Assembly (NCBI RefSeq): GCF_000143415.4 | Contig: NW_003314275.1 | Coordinates: 2,275,419-2,339,418 of the forward strand | Source of the DNA: Selaginella moellendorffii | Lineage: Eukaryota > Plantae > Lycopodiophyta | Reading direction: 5' to 3' | DNA length: 64,000 bases | Shown: positions 1 through 10,563 of the stretch, in pieces | Layout: every line of letters starts with the position of its first letter | How positions within the stretch are numbered: position 1 is the stretch's first letter | Translations under genes and position numbers: made by a program | Notes under the pieces: model-generated | Seen by the model: only the letters and a program-made list of their open reading frames with translations | Database searches by the model: none | What the model was told of the DNA's origin: nothing

Positions 1-314
1 TAATCAATCCTTGACGTACCAACGTGTTGGTTCTAAAACAATAATATAGTGGAATGTTTACTTTTAGATGGTGGAATGTCTGCTGGTAAAGGCGCATTGT
101 TCTTTGCGTCAAATTAAGAACATGAAAGTTGTGCAGAGTTCCTCAGCACTATATTTAGATTGCATATATTTCTGGATGACCAAATTATTTGCGTCAACTG
201 GCCAATTAAAGCTCGCGGGTGGCAGGGAGCTCTCGTAGTTAGGCGTTCATGGGGGGATGCCATGGCGGTGGTGTGAAGCTGCTCCCACTGTTTTAGATTA
301 ATTTTGTTTTTGAG

Positions 315-1997
315 ATGGCAACTGGTGGAAGAGTCTATAAAATGCCGCAGCAAGGTGAGTGGAGGCTAGTTTCAAGGTCAAACAAAGACTCTGCTATCTG
401 AGCAGACCTCGACATGAGGCAGATCATCCAGGAAGCTTGCGTCCGGTGGCTCAAACCACACGAAGTTTGCGACATACTTCGCAATTATCAGAGCTACGGT
501 TTCGATCTCAACTCCGTTCCTCCCAACCGGCCCGCCAGTGAGTGCTCCTTGCTCCTTGCCTTGTGTCACACTGACTGGCTTGCCATGCTACTAGGTGGAT
601 CCTTGTTCTTGTTTGATCGCAAGGCTGTGAGGTGCTTTCGGAAGGATGGTCACAACTGGAAGAAAGAAGGCCAGGCTCACGAGAGGCTCAAGGTTTGCTT
701 GCTATAACTAGGAACAACCATCGCGGCACTTGGTTCCTGATCTTGTATGCAGTCTGGAAGCATCGACGTGCTGCATTGTTACTACGCCCGTGGAGAAGAG
801 GATCCAAATTTTCAACGGAGCTACTGGGTGCTGGAAGGGTACATAGAGCAGGAAAAAAAAACATGCATCCCCCCTCACTTGTATTATCATGGCTTGTAGT
901 GCTTATGAACACATTGTTCTTGTCCACTACCTTCAAGTACACCAGGTCGGTTGCGGTGTTTTTCTTTTTCTAGCTTTCTTGTGGCTCGAAGCATTTCTTT
1001 TCCAGGGTCGTGAATCTGCTTATGGAGCATCTCCAGAGCATCCGGAACCTTTCTCGCACTCGGAGCATGGCGATTCAAGTGACCATGTCGAACAGATGGA
1101 GCAACTCTTTTCAAAGGATTCGCTTCTGTCGGAAACTCAGTCCGGGCAAGGTGGTAATCTTATGATGGAAGATCGTATTGATCTTAACGACCTCTTAGAC
1201 AGTCTGACACACAGCTCGATTCAAACTATTCTGCAGACATGTTCCTCGGCCATCAGCCGCTCAGTCCTGCCGTGAGCTTGGACATGAGCGGATGGAAAGA
1301 AGTTCTGCGAAGCTATCGAGAGAATCCAACGAATGGCCCAGTCAAGCAAGAGGATTCAGATGCTTTAGAGCAGCGTACTACCGTGGATGCATCGCCGGGA
1401 CAAGTCAAGTTTGACGATGGAATAATGTTCAAGTTATCACCTGAAGCGATTCCAAGTCCCAAGGCGATCATGGAAGTCCTCTCTCAACCGGGTCTGGGTC
1501 GCCAGCCTCACACACTTCTCGAGGCCCAGCTGCGTGCTGCCACCGCCGAGAACGCCATGAAAACAGCACAAAGCCTCTCTCTGGTGAGTGCAGTTCTTTA
1601 CATGTAATCTCTAACACGTCCATGCAGCGCTGGCGGGAAAGTGTTTTCTCTCGCCCGCCTGCGCAGAACGTCCTTGTGGATATGGGGCGCTCTTCTCGAC
1701 AGGTAAAAGTTTCTCTTTCTCTCGTGCAGCGCCCTGGATAAAAACTCATTTTCAAAGCTTGTCAAACAGGAAGAGAGCGACATCAAGAGCCTAGCTAGTT
1801 TTGGACGATGGGCGCTGGCAAAATTTGGTAACGACGACGATGCAGGTGCGCCACTCGAGGCCGCGCCCTCGGTCTCGAGCTCCGTTTGGGCAGCCATGGA
1901 CGTTGACAAGGACAGAGAAGAAACCTCCAACCTCCCTACGCCAATGGAGCTTGAGATGAGTGCCCAGTTCCAACGCTTCAGCATTACAGACCTTTAA
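315..1997 (+). pseudogene. CAMTA-like gene truncated after the CG-1 domain and linker (pseudogene or CG-1-only protein)
   Basis: Spliced exons give DLDMRQIIQEACVRWLKPHEVCDIL...GSLFLFDRKAVRCFRKDGHNWKK...AHERLK...LHCYYARGE...YEHIVLVHYLQV (CG-1). The frame ends QRFSITDL-TAA (1995-1997), where the TIG domain would begin. Confidence 0.8.
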
Positions 1998-2097
1998 GAA
2001 ACCAAGGTTTCATATGTATCTCGCTTGTAAAAGGGTGGATTTTGTTTATATATACATATTGGTTTAACAGAGAGTTAGGGTTTTAGGGCTCGTGGCA

Positions 2098-2860
2098 ATG
2101 CGGGACGCGATCTGGGCTTCTCTCGGAGATTCCTCCGCTTGAGCAGGAGGTTCCGCTAGAGCTCTGGAGGTAAAGATCATAAATACTTAGGAGATCCATG
2201 CGAGGTGGAGGCGCTGCTGGATTTGATAAAATTCGATGGGTGTGATTTTGATGCAGGGATTTGGGACGCTGTCTAGGCCACGAAGCGAGTGACGTAATTT
2301 AGTCGAAGTCGTTGATCTCTTTTTGGACCAAAGGAGAGACGCTATCCAATTTTATTGGTGTTGTGGATGTCTATCTCGACTGTGATGGAGATTCGGTACA
2401 CACTTTCTTTTATTCTTTGTGAGCTCTTATCGGCTTTATCTTTTTTAGATTATTACTTGGGAAAGCCTGACGGGCCTACTTGTCACACAGGAGCTGGTTG
2501 ACTTAAGTTAGTATTATTAACAAGAACTTGAGATCAATCAGTAATTTTTCTCATACGTGCTACATTGATATCCTCCTGGTTTATGTAAACTGACAATATC
2601 GTTCTTCTTCTTCCACTGATATATTTTTTTACAGATTGATGGATTGTCAACTTCTATTTGGAAAGAGTTATTCAACAGCGAGCCTGATGGGGAAAAGCCG
2701 TCGTGGCTATTGCAGACCAGCAGCTGCTTTTAAGGTGTTGTTTGAGCTTTTGTTTGTTTCATGCGTCCGGATCAGAAGAAACTTTGGCAGGGAGGAAGCT
2801 GGTGATCTGTGCAAGACAGACCGAAGGCAAGGAAAGGACTGTATCAGTAATGGCAAGAAG
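2098..2860 (+). pseudogene. HISN2: Histidine biosynthesis bifunctional HisIE (PRA-CH/PRA-PH) pseudogene
   Basis: Fragments VEALLDLIKFDG, MQGF, FSRSR*S, WTKGETLSNFIGVVDVYLDCDGDS, YLGKPDGPTCHTGAG*, GEKPSW, REEAGDLCKT. Contains in-frame stops and frameshifts; GT-AG introns are retained. Confidence 0.85.
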
Positions 2861-3125
2861 TCGGATCTTTTAACTCAGCTGGTAAGTGCTTTTCCATTCT
2901 GTTTAAGAGCTAACTAACAGGGCTAATCCCATGTGTTTCCCTCACAGGGTCGTAGATGTTGTAAATCCATGGAATGGAAGTGTTGTCTGCAGCAATAATG
3001 CCTTAAAAAAATGGTGTGTGAGTTTGATATTGGAAGGTCGACATGTTGTGTGATGCTGTTTGGCGACTTCCAAAACTTGACCGAAGCAAACTGTACAAGT
3101 ATCTAGCACCAACAGGTATTTCACT

Positions 3126-4733
3126 CTAGTATGTTACCATCACCCATGTCGCTGTGCCTGGGATTCCATTGTGTAGGGGAAAGAGCATGTAGAACGATGG
3201 TGGAGCGATCACGGCGCTTGGCGGTGCCGAGCTTTTCACAGTAAAGGTGTTCCCGTTTGCTCGTAATGGTGTGGAAACCGCTAGTTTGAGCTGCCTCTGC
3301 CCTTGAGAGAAGGAGTGCGTGGTAAACGGAGCACTCAAAAGCGTCAACTCGATATCTCCAGTCAAGTTGCCCGGTAAGGAGACGTCCACCGAGAATGGCA
3401 TTCCATAGTTGATAACTCCTGGATAGTTAACTAACTTCGGTCTCTGCCAGTCGTTTGCAGGGTCTAGATATGCCGGAGAGAAAGCTTCTACTCTCAACTC
3501 CGTTGGAAACGCTCCCGTGAAAGTGTAGTACTCGTGCGTGTTGCTGCCTGCTACAAGGACTCGGCCGTCTGGAAGAAGGTTTGCGGTGGAGTGATACATT
3601 CTCGGAATGGTACTGGCTGCTTGAGTTTCGAACTTTGAGCTGACCGGATCGAATATGACAGGGTTGAGGCAGGGACTGGACGCGTATCCCCATCCTTGAG
3701 ATCCACTTTGCGCTCCGTTGATGATGAGGACTTGGCCGGTTGGAAGCAGAACCATGTCACCCATGTTTCTTCGCGTAGGCATGTTGAGTATGTTCCAATT
3801 TGGATCGCCTGACGTCGCTACCATTCTACCGCAGGTCTGAGAGGCCGGAAGCTGACCAGCTGGATACGCGTAGGCGTCCTTGTTGCTTCCTCCGCAAACG
3901 AGAATTTCGGCATTGGAGAAGCTGTTTGCGCTGTCCAAGGGAAGCATGACCGAGCTTCCGGCGGATGGATAGTTCCGGGGCTCACCAGGCAGCGTTGGAT
4001 ATCTCCGAAGCACAGTGTTGGTGAAATAGTTGAGGAGAATGGAGTCCCGGTTGGCGAAGACGAACAGGTTGTTGTCCGGCAGCAGATGCAGGAAGGGATA
4101 CAGGTTGTTGAAAGTTGGATCGTTCGTCTCCTTGAGAAACGGCAGCTCAAACTGCCCGGCTCCTCTGTCCGGGATGAACTCGTAGGAGAAAGCGCTTCTT
4201 CCGCCTACAACGATCACGCGGCCGTCTGGCAAGAGCTGATTGCTGGCATACCACCTTCCGGAATGCAAAAACTCGGTTTTTGATTCCTGCCAGTCGCAGG
4301 TGCCCCCGTTCGGACACGGCGTCATGTACCTGACTTTGAAGAAACCATCGAAGTCGCCCCCCGTCTGGAGAAGCGTCCCGTTCGGCAAGAACTGACCTGA
4401 GCTGCACCAAGTGTCCGAGTATATCGACAGAGCTCTGCTGGCCCCGGAGAAGTAGTCGAACATGACCGAGTGCGCGGTGCAGTCGTGCTTCAAGGTTCGA
4501 TCGTCGGGGTTGTCTCTGCATCCTCCTGCGGCGAGATTGATCTGCGAGGGGCCGATGTTGGTTCTGTCCAGGAAGATCGCGTTGCTGAAGTGCGTGACGA
4601 CCGTGTGCATGCTAGCGACGCCGGCGTTCTGCGCAATGACGTCGAATCGCCCGGGTTGAGCTCTGGTGGAAGAAGAGATCAAGACGACGACGGAGAGGAA
4701 CCAGAGGAAGTTTCTTCTTCCCGGACAGGCCAT
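3126..4733 (-). CDS. Glyoxal/aldehyde oxidase (galactose-oxidase-like copper radical oxidase), secreted
   Basis: Intronless ORF from MACPGRRN with a signal peptide. Motifs SDTWCSSG, RWYASNQLLPDGR, NNLYPF, PRMYHSTANLLPDGRVLVAGSN, FTTHSFSQGQR. Confidence 0.95.
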   Translation of the reverse strand: MACPGRRNFLWFLSVVVLISSSTRAQPGRFDVIAQNAGVASMHTVVTHFSNAIFLDRTNIGPSQINLAAGGCRDNPDDRTLKHDCTAHSVMFDYFSGASRALSIYSDTWCSSGQFLPNGTLLQTGGDFDGFFKVRYMTPCPNGGTCDWQESKTEFLHSGRWYASNQLLPDGRVIVVGGRSAFSYEFIPDRGAGQFELPFLKETNDPTFNNLYPFLHLLPDNNLFVFANRDSILLNYFTNTVLRRYPTLPGEPRNYPSAGSSVMLPLDSANSFSNAEILVCGGSNKDAYAYPAGQLPASQTCGRMVATSGDPNWNILNMPTRRNMGDMVLLPTGQVLIINGAQSGSQGWGYASSPCLNPVIFDPVSSKFETQAASTIPRMYHSTANLLPDGRVLVAGSNTHEYYTFTGAFPTELRVEAFSPAYLDPANDWQRPKLVNYPGVINYGMPFSVDVSLPGNLTGDIELTLLSAPFTTHSFSQGQRQLKLAVSTPLRANGNTFTVKSSAPPSAVIAPPSFYMLFPLHNGIPGTATWVMVTY

Positions 4734-5397
4734 GGTCGATAGAAACTTTGGTTTGGCCTGGGAGACACGGCAGAGAAAAGCTCTCAGCGACGAACAGACA
4801 GGACAAGGCACTTACAGGCGGAGCGGGAGGCAAGGATCAAACAGACAAAGCCGGGACGAAAATTCCTGCGGTACGCTCCTCACCGTGTCTGCATTGATGG
4901 TGGCGGCGACGCGAGTGAGCGCAATAGTATACAGTATGAGACTCTACTCGCTAAGGACAAGCCTCTGCTGGTATCATCAATGCCTTAACGCGATTTAATC
5001 GTGCTCGCCCTTGACACTACACTCATGCTCGCCAGCTTTGCGTTTTTGCAGGGATATCGCGTGTATCAAAGGAGAGCGAGATGCTACTCTTCCATTGCCA
5101 CTGGGGAAGTATTACACGAGAAGGTACGCTTGCTGCCACTTCGTAGAGTTTTTCCATAGTCGCTTTCGTAGTGTTGTTTTGCTTGCTTGGTCGGGCTTAA
5201 AGTGAGAGATCCATTGCTTTGTCTTGAAGTCTCTGGCGCAGAGAGCTTTGCTCACCCCGGCTTTGACTGCAGTGCACACAAAGCTCCATCCAGATCTAAC
5301 GCTTTTCTCAGAGACTTCACTTTTCCTCTCTGCAGCTTTCTTTCGCTCTTTCTGAATCCGGCCCGTCGGTGCTGAAGCTTCACGTGACTTCCACTTC

Positions 5398-7793
5398 TCA
5401 TTCATACGAATGGATCCTTTCTCGCGATAACGGTATGCGGTTGTCTCGGGTGTCTGCAAAGGCAATGTTTTGAGAGTCCAGCGAAATAGCAGGGAAAAAG
5501 GGAGAGGAGAGATACTTACGTCTGAAGGTCTTGGTGCTACTGGTGGCAGCCCAGAGGTCGCCCCACCGGACCTTTTTCGCTTCCTTGTGAAGAACCCGGT
5601 GCTTGGCGCGTGTCACGGTGAGACGATCAAAGCTTCCGGACGAGCCGTCCGGCGACGTCGAGCGGCAAACGTCCAAGGTGACGTGTTTGCCTCGCCGGAA
5701 TGGCTTGAAAATCACCCGGCCCCAGCCACTGCTCATGTTTGCCGCCGTCTCCTTGCATTCGTCGTCGTCACCCTCTTGTTCTTCGATTTGGTCTTCGTTC
5801 TCGTCCTCGCCTGGTTCTTCCTCCATTTTAGTTTCGATGTCTGGTGGAAATTTCTGTTAGATTGAAAGACCAACCTGAGTTCTCACCACCTTCATCGTCG
5901 TCTCTGGTCTCTCTATCTTCGTCGTTTTCATCCTCTAAGTACTCTTCCTCTTCTTCATCCTCGTCTTCCTCATAGTCTACAAGTAGGTCGTTTTCTACTG
6001 GCTCGTCTTTATCCAGCTGCAGCTCCACATGATCTAGTGGCCAATCCACCCTGTAAAAAGAGCAGCTGTGAGAAATGCCAAGCCAAAACTTTCAGCTCCA
6101 ATAACTACCTTGGACGGTGCCCGCGGCGAAGGACCACATAACTGTACTTCTCATCTTCATAGCCACGCAGCATTGTTCGTGAGTGTTTCTGGAGAAATAA
6201 TACAATAAACTAAGCAGCAAATGGATTTTCACTGGGATGGATACCTTAGCCATTCTTTGAGTGAACGTTCGTTCAAGACGCTGAACAAAGTGGCAAAATA
6301 CGGTTGTGCCATCCATTGGACAGACACCATCATGTGGACACTGAAACAAAAAAAAATAAATGAAAGCTTGTATCAGTAACAAATGGCAACGCAAAGTCCT
6401 TACATACCGGTGCAATCACATGAGCACCACCACCGGGTATTTCGACCTCTTCCTCGCTGTGTACTACAAGCTGCTCGTCTAAGTTTCTTTTATTGCCATC
6501 TTCCTCCGAGGTGCCGATCATGGGAGTGTCAGTGGAAGTTGAGCCAGTCAGGAACTTCCGCCGTCTTCGAAGTTTCTGAGATGCAAATGCTGATTAACAC
6601 TGTTGGACGATACAAAAGAAATACTTGCCTTTCTTTCTAAAGCCAGGATGTGAGCCCGTATGCCTCGAACTGTCAAAGACCCTTCTGATGTTCCCGGTTC
6701 GACGATTACCTGCGCTAACCATTAAAAACCCGGCAAATAGAAATTCCTCGCTATGCTTACAAGAATGTCTCGAGTTAGTGCCCACAGTTGCCGGGCAGTA
6801 GTGATTTGTTCTTCAACGGTCGGGAGCTCTCCAATCGCGTGACACTACAACAAGCTCGTTAGAAATGCAATAAGTATCCACTTACAGAATCGCTTACGGC
6901 TATCACAATGTCGTGACCCGAGTGTCGTGTCTTTTTTGATAGAATTCGCAGGGTCTTATGGTTGTGCATAACCGGTGGATCCTCCAAATCTAGTACCTAG
7001 CATCAGGAACATGTAAAACTGAATTCGCAACTTGTGCAAGTGTACCTTCGAGGATCTTCTTGGATGCCGCAAGCATTGAAGGAGAAGTCTCTACCATGTT
7101 CACTAGCTTAACAGTTTTCGGCCATACTTGAGACATTGCCCTGCGCAAAGAAAAGAATTTTTTAGTGTTTTTTCGAAAGGTAGCTCTTACCAAATGGAAG
7201 TTCCTGGTCCAGAGCCATAGTCCAAAACATTCTCTGGTTTAAAATCAGGCAGCCGCCGAGCAACCTATTGATTGAGAGAGAGCAAAAAACAAAAACTTTT
7301 AAACATAGATCTCCAAGAAAATCATGAGAACTAGTGATACCTCGCTCAAGACAGTGTGGATGACCGAGTAGACCGCTGGCATTTTCGCAGCAACGTAGGC
7401 AGCAACCTGCTTCTCATCGTACCTTGGCTTGAGTCGAGCCGTGCGATATTTCTTTGGAACTGGAGCGAAGGGTCCTTTATTTGAGAAGTAATCCTCCACA
7501 GCAGCCAGGACTTTCGCCGAGGGCTCGAAAGCAGGAGTGACGGCAGTGGGCGGCTCCTCGCTCTTGCTGCTGAGCATGAGCGTGTAGTTAAAGACATGCT
7601 GCCGAATTTGGTGATTGGAGTAGTCTGGAGGAGAGAAATCGTGAGAAAATCCAAGAATGCGGCTGATTTCCAGCACCATACCTGCAAGATATCCCTTAAT
7701 TGATTCTTGGAGAGGCTCCGGCACGCGCTTAAGGCCGACCGTCTGCTTGGCGAGCCGGCGGAGGAGCCGCGAGCGCAATATCTTGCGCACCAT
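5398..7793 (-). CDS. RSM22/METTL17-like mitochondrial small-subunit assembly methyltransferase-like protein (multi-exon)
   Basis: Exons encode AAYVAAKMPAVYSVIHTVLSE, DFKPENVLDYGSGPGTS, AHVIAP-CPHDGVCPM...FCHFVQRLERT and GWGRVIFKPFRRGKHVTLDVC...WGDLW. The 3' end is approximate. Confidence 0.9.
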
Positions 7794-7800
7794 AGCCGAA

Positions 7801-7819
7801 AAACCCTAAACCCTAAACC
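7801..7819. promoter_or_regulatory. Tandem telo-boxes (AAACCCTAA) in a 128-bp divergent intergenic region
   Basis: aaaccctaaaccctaaacc lies between the head-to-head ATGs at 7793 (-) and 7922 (+). Confidence 0.6.
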
Positions 7820-7921
7820 TCTTAAACCCCTTTAATTGGACCATGTGGCGAAATTAAAGGCATTGAATCTCAACGGCCAGGATCCCTTGAAATTTGGGAA
7901 AGAAAGTTTAGGGCAGGAAGG

Positions 7922-8333
7922 ATGGCTTGGCGCTCGGAGATCTCGCGCCGAGCTCGCGAGCTGCGAATCCTTTTCTGCCAGACCTCTCCTGGCAGCGAGA
8001 CGACCAGGTGGGCAGTTTTCCAGCTCCAATCAATCGTTTCTAGAGCTAGGTTTGCAGGGATTACATCCTCAAGAACTACAAGCAGCTCAAGACGCTCAAT
8101 CCCACGCTGCCGATACTTCTCAGGGAATGTAGCGGGATCCAACCACGACTGTGGATTCGATACCGTAAGCTCTCTTCTCTTCTCCCCCCCAAAACTCTGG
8201 TTTGTTCTCACACGATTTGGCACGATTTCTCTTCGCAGCTTATGGAGTGGAGCAAAGCGCCACTCTCGATGGGCTTAGTGTAGAACAGATCGATGCCAAG
8301 CTCGAAGAACTCGTGAAAGACGCTCCAGAGTGA
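7922..8333 (+). CDS. NDUFA2: NADH:ubiquinone oxidoreductase subunit B8 (complex I alpha subcomplex 2), 3 exons
   Basis: Splicing GT-AG introns gives [95 protein letters not shown]. It does not appear as a single ORF in the track. Confidence 0.95.
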
Positions 8334-8466
8334 TTGGAAGAATGGTGAAAGACGATGGTGTGTATATTCTCAGAATAATCTAATAAGTAGAGGAGCAATT
8401 GCCACAATTGGGCATTTGGGATCCTCGAGAATGCCTCTTTTCCTATTCTCTTTCTGGTAGCTTGGA

Positions 8467-10206
8467 ATGGCTAGATCATGGACGAGGCACAAGCTCTTGG
8501 ATCTGGCACTGGATTGCGATGGCTTTGCGCGCGCGCTCCGAGCCTCGAGGGACGCAATCGAGGTAGCCGCCCTCCATCGCCAAATCCTCCACAGCCCACA
8601 CTGCTGCGATGACAGATTCCTCGCCAATCTCGTCGTCCAGATGTATGGCAAGTGTGGCGATGTGGAATCCGCTAGGCTCGCTTTCGATTCCATGGAGTGC
8701 CCGAATCTCTACTCGTGGGCGATCCTCCTGGGCGTCTATGCCCGCAATGCGCACCTTCGCGATGCCAAGGAAACCTTCGATCGGATGCCCCAGCGCAACG
8801 AAGTCGCGTGGAATTCCCTGCTCACTATGTTTGAGGAGCAGCGGATGATCGACCCAGTGCGCGAGATATTCGATCGGATGCCCAGCACCACGGTGGTGTC
8901 GTGGTCTTCGATTGTTCGTGCAAATGCCCAGACTGGGCATCTGGGCAAAGCCAAAGCGGTGTTTGATCGGATGCCCGAGCGGAACGTAGTGGCATGGACG
9001 GCTATGGTGTCGGAGTTTGCCTACGCCGATTCGATCGATCTAGCCAGCGAGACGTTCGATCGAATGCCCGGATGGGATTTGATCGCTTGGACTGCCATGG
9101 TCACTGCCGTTGCCGCTAATGGGCACTTGGGAAGAGCATTTGATCTCTACGACAGGATGCCCGAGAGAGGAATCCCATCCCACAACGCGATGATCATTGC
9201 GTGCGCTCAAAATGGTCTCGCACGGGAGTCGCAGAAGATCTTCGACGAGATGGGCGATCGAAACATCGTGTCGTGGAACTCAATCCTCTCGGTTTGCGCG
9301 ACCGAGGAGGAGCTCGGCTCGGTGGAGGCGGTCTTTCGATCCATGCCCGAGTGGAGCGTGATCAGCTGGATCGTCCTCTTGGGAGCTTACGCGAGCGCCG
9401 GAAGGATCCCGCAAGTGGAGGAGCTCTTCCAATCCATGCCGGAGCGCGATCTCGTAGCATGGAACGCGATGATCTCCAGCTATGGCCGCCATGGCTACGT
9501 CGAGCGATCGAAAAACACCTTCTCCAGGATGCCCGAGCATGATTTGATCTCCTGGAACTCACTGCTCACGGCCTTCTCGGCGAACAGCCACCCGAGAGAG
9601 GCCCAGGCGGTGTTTGATTCCATGCCCGAGAGGACGACCGTGTCGTGGGCGGCGATGGTGGCGATGAGGTCCCAGCAGGGTCACCTCGATTCGGCGAGGG
9701 AGCTCTTCGATTCGATGCCGGATCGATCGCTGGCGTCCTGGAACGCGATGCTGGCGGGCTACTCGCAGAATGGCCACTCCAAGCCGGCGATGGAGCTCTT
9801 CGCGCTCATGAATCTGGATGGATCCCAGCCCAGCGCGGCCACATTCGTAGAGATCTTGGGCGCGTGCCGCGACACAGGCAAGGCGGAGCTGAGCTACGGC
9901 TACTTCGCCTCCATGGTGGGCGATTTCTCCCTGGATCCCGTGCCCAGGCACTACTGCTGCGTCGTGGACGCGCTCGCCAAGGCCGGGCACCTCCGCGAGG
10001 CCGAGGAGATCATCAAGGGCGTGCCGGGGCTGGAGAGCGCTGGGATCGCGTGGCGGAGCCTGCTGGACGGGTGTAGAACACACCAAGATCTCCAGCGGGG
10101 GAGCGATGCCGCGAGGATGGCGATCCAGTTCGATCCAGGCGCCGGCGCCTCGTACGCGCTCGTGACGGACGTGTTGCGCTCTTCGTCTTCCTCCCAAGAA
10201 CCCTAA
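8467..10206 (+). CDS. PLS-class PPR protein with E-type C-terminus, no DYW domain
   Basis: Intronless 579 aa. Tandem 31-aa repeats FDRMPERNVVAWTAM; C-terminal HYCCVVDALAKAGHLREAEE...AWRSLLDGCRTH. Confidence 0.95.
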   Translation: MARSWTRHKLLDLALDCDGFARALRASRDAIEVAALHRQILHSPHCCDDRFLANLVVQMYGKCGDVESARLAFDSMECPNLYSWAILLGVYARNAHLRDAKETFDRMPQRNEVAWNSLLTMFEEQRMIDPVREIFDRMPSTTVVSWSSIVRANAQTGHLGKAKAVFDRMPERNVVAWTAMVSEFAYADSIDLASETFDRMPGWDLIAWTAMVTAVAANGHLGRAFDLYDRMPERGIPSHNAMIIACAQNGLARESQKIFDEMGDRNIVSWNSILSVCATEEELGSVEAVFRSMPEWSVISWIVLLGAYASAGRIPQVEELFQSMPERDLVAWNAMISSYGRHGYVERSKNTFSRMPEHDLISWNSLLTAFSANSHPREAQAVFDSMPERTTVSWAAMVAMRSQQGHLDSARELFDSMPDRSLASWNAMLAGYSQNGHSKPAMELFALMNLDGSQPSAATFVEILGACRDTGKAELSYGYFASMVGDFSLDPVPRHYCCVVDALAKAGHLREAEEIIKGVPGLESAGIAWRSLLDGCRTHQDLQRGSDAARMAIQFDPGAGASYALVTDVLRSSSSSQEP

Positions 10207-10242
10207 ATTCCCTAGAACCCTATAGGTATATTCGAGATTCTG

Positions 10243-10250
10243 GCGGGAAA
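10243..10250 (-). promoter_or_regulatory. Canonical E2F site TTTCCCGC upstream of ATXR5/6
   Basis: gcgggaaa on the + strand, about 320 bp 5' of the ATG. Confidence 0.5.
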
Positions 10251-10563
10251 GACAGCCAGGTCAATGCCACGTAGGTAGCTGCGTACACGTGTCGTGGCCG
10301 GCAGAGGGTAGGGTTTGTGCTTGGGGATGGATTTTCTTCTCTGGTAGAATCCGCTGGCCGCGGCAGGAGAGTGGCTGGCTGCGGCGGCGGCGCTCTTGCT
10401 CGGTCGGCCATAATGCCGTGGAGAATCATCATCTCGTGACGATTAGGGCTAGAATTCTTCCAAATCCATCCGTTGTAGCGAGATGCTCGGATCGGATCCA
10501 GGGATTTGACGCATCGCGCTTTTCCTCGTCCGCCTCTTCGATTGATCGTTCCAAGTTGCGGCC

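Noticed and set aside
7801-7819. AAACCCT repeats as an interstitial telomere
   Set aside because: Only 2-3 units, next to start codons; better explained as promoter telo-boxes.
9559-10197. Long antisense and alternate-frame ORFs over the PPR, PORR, kinase, ABCC and PME genes
   Set aside because: Expected shadows of GC-rich coding sequence, with no domain motifs.
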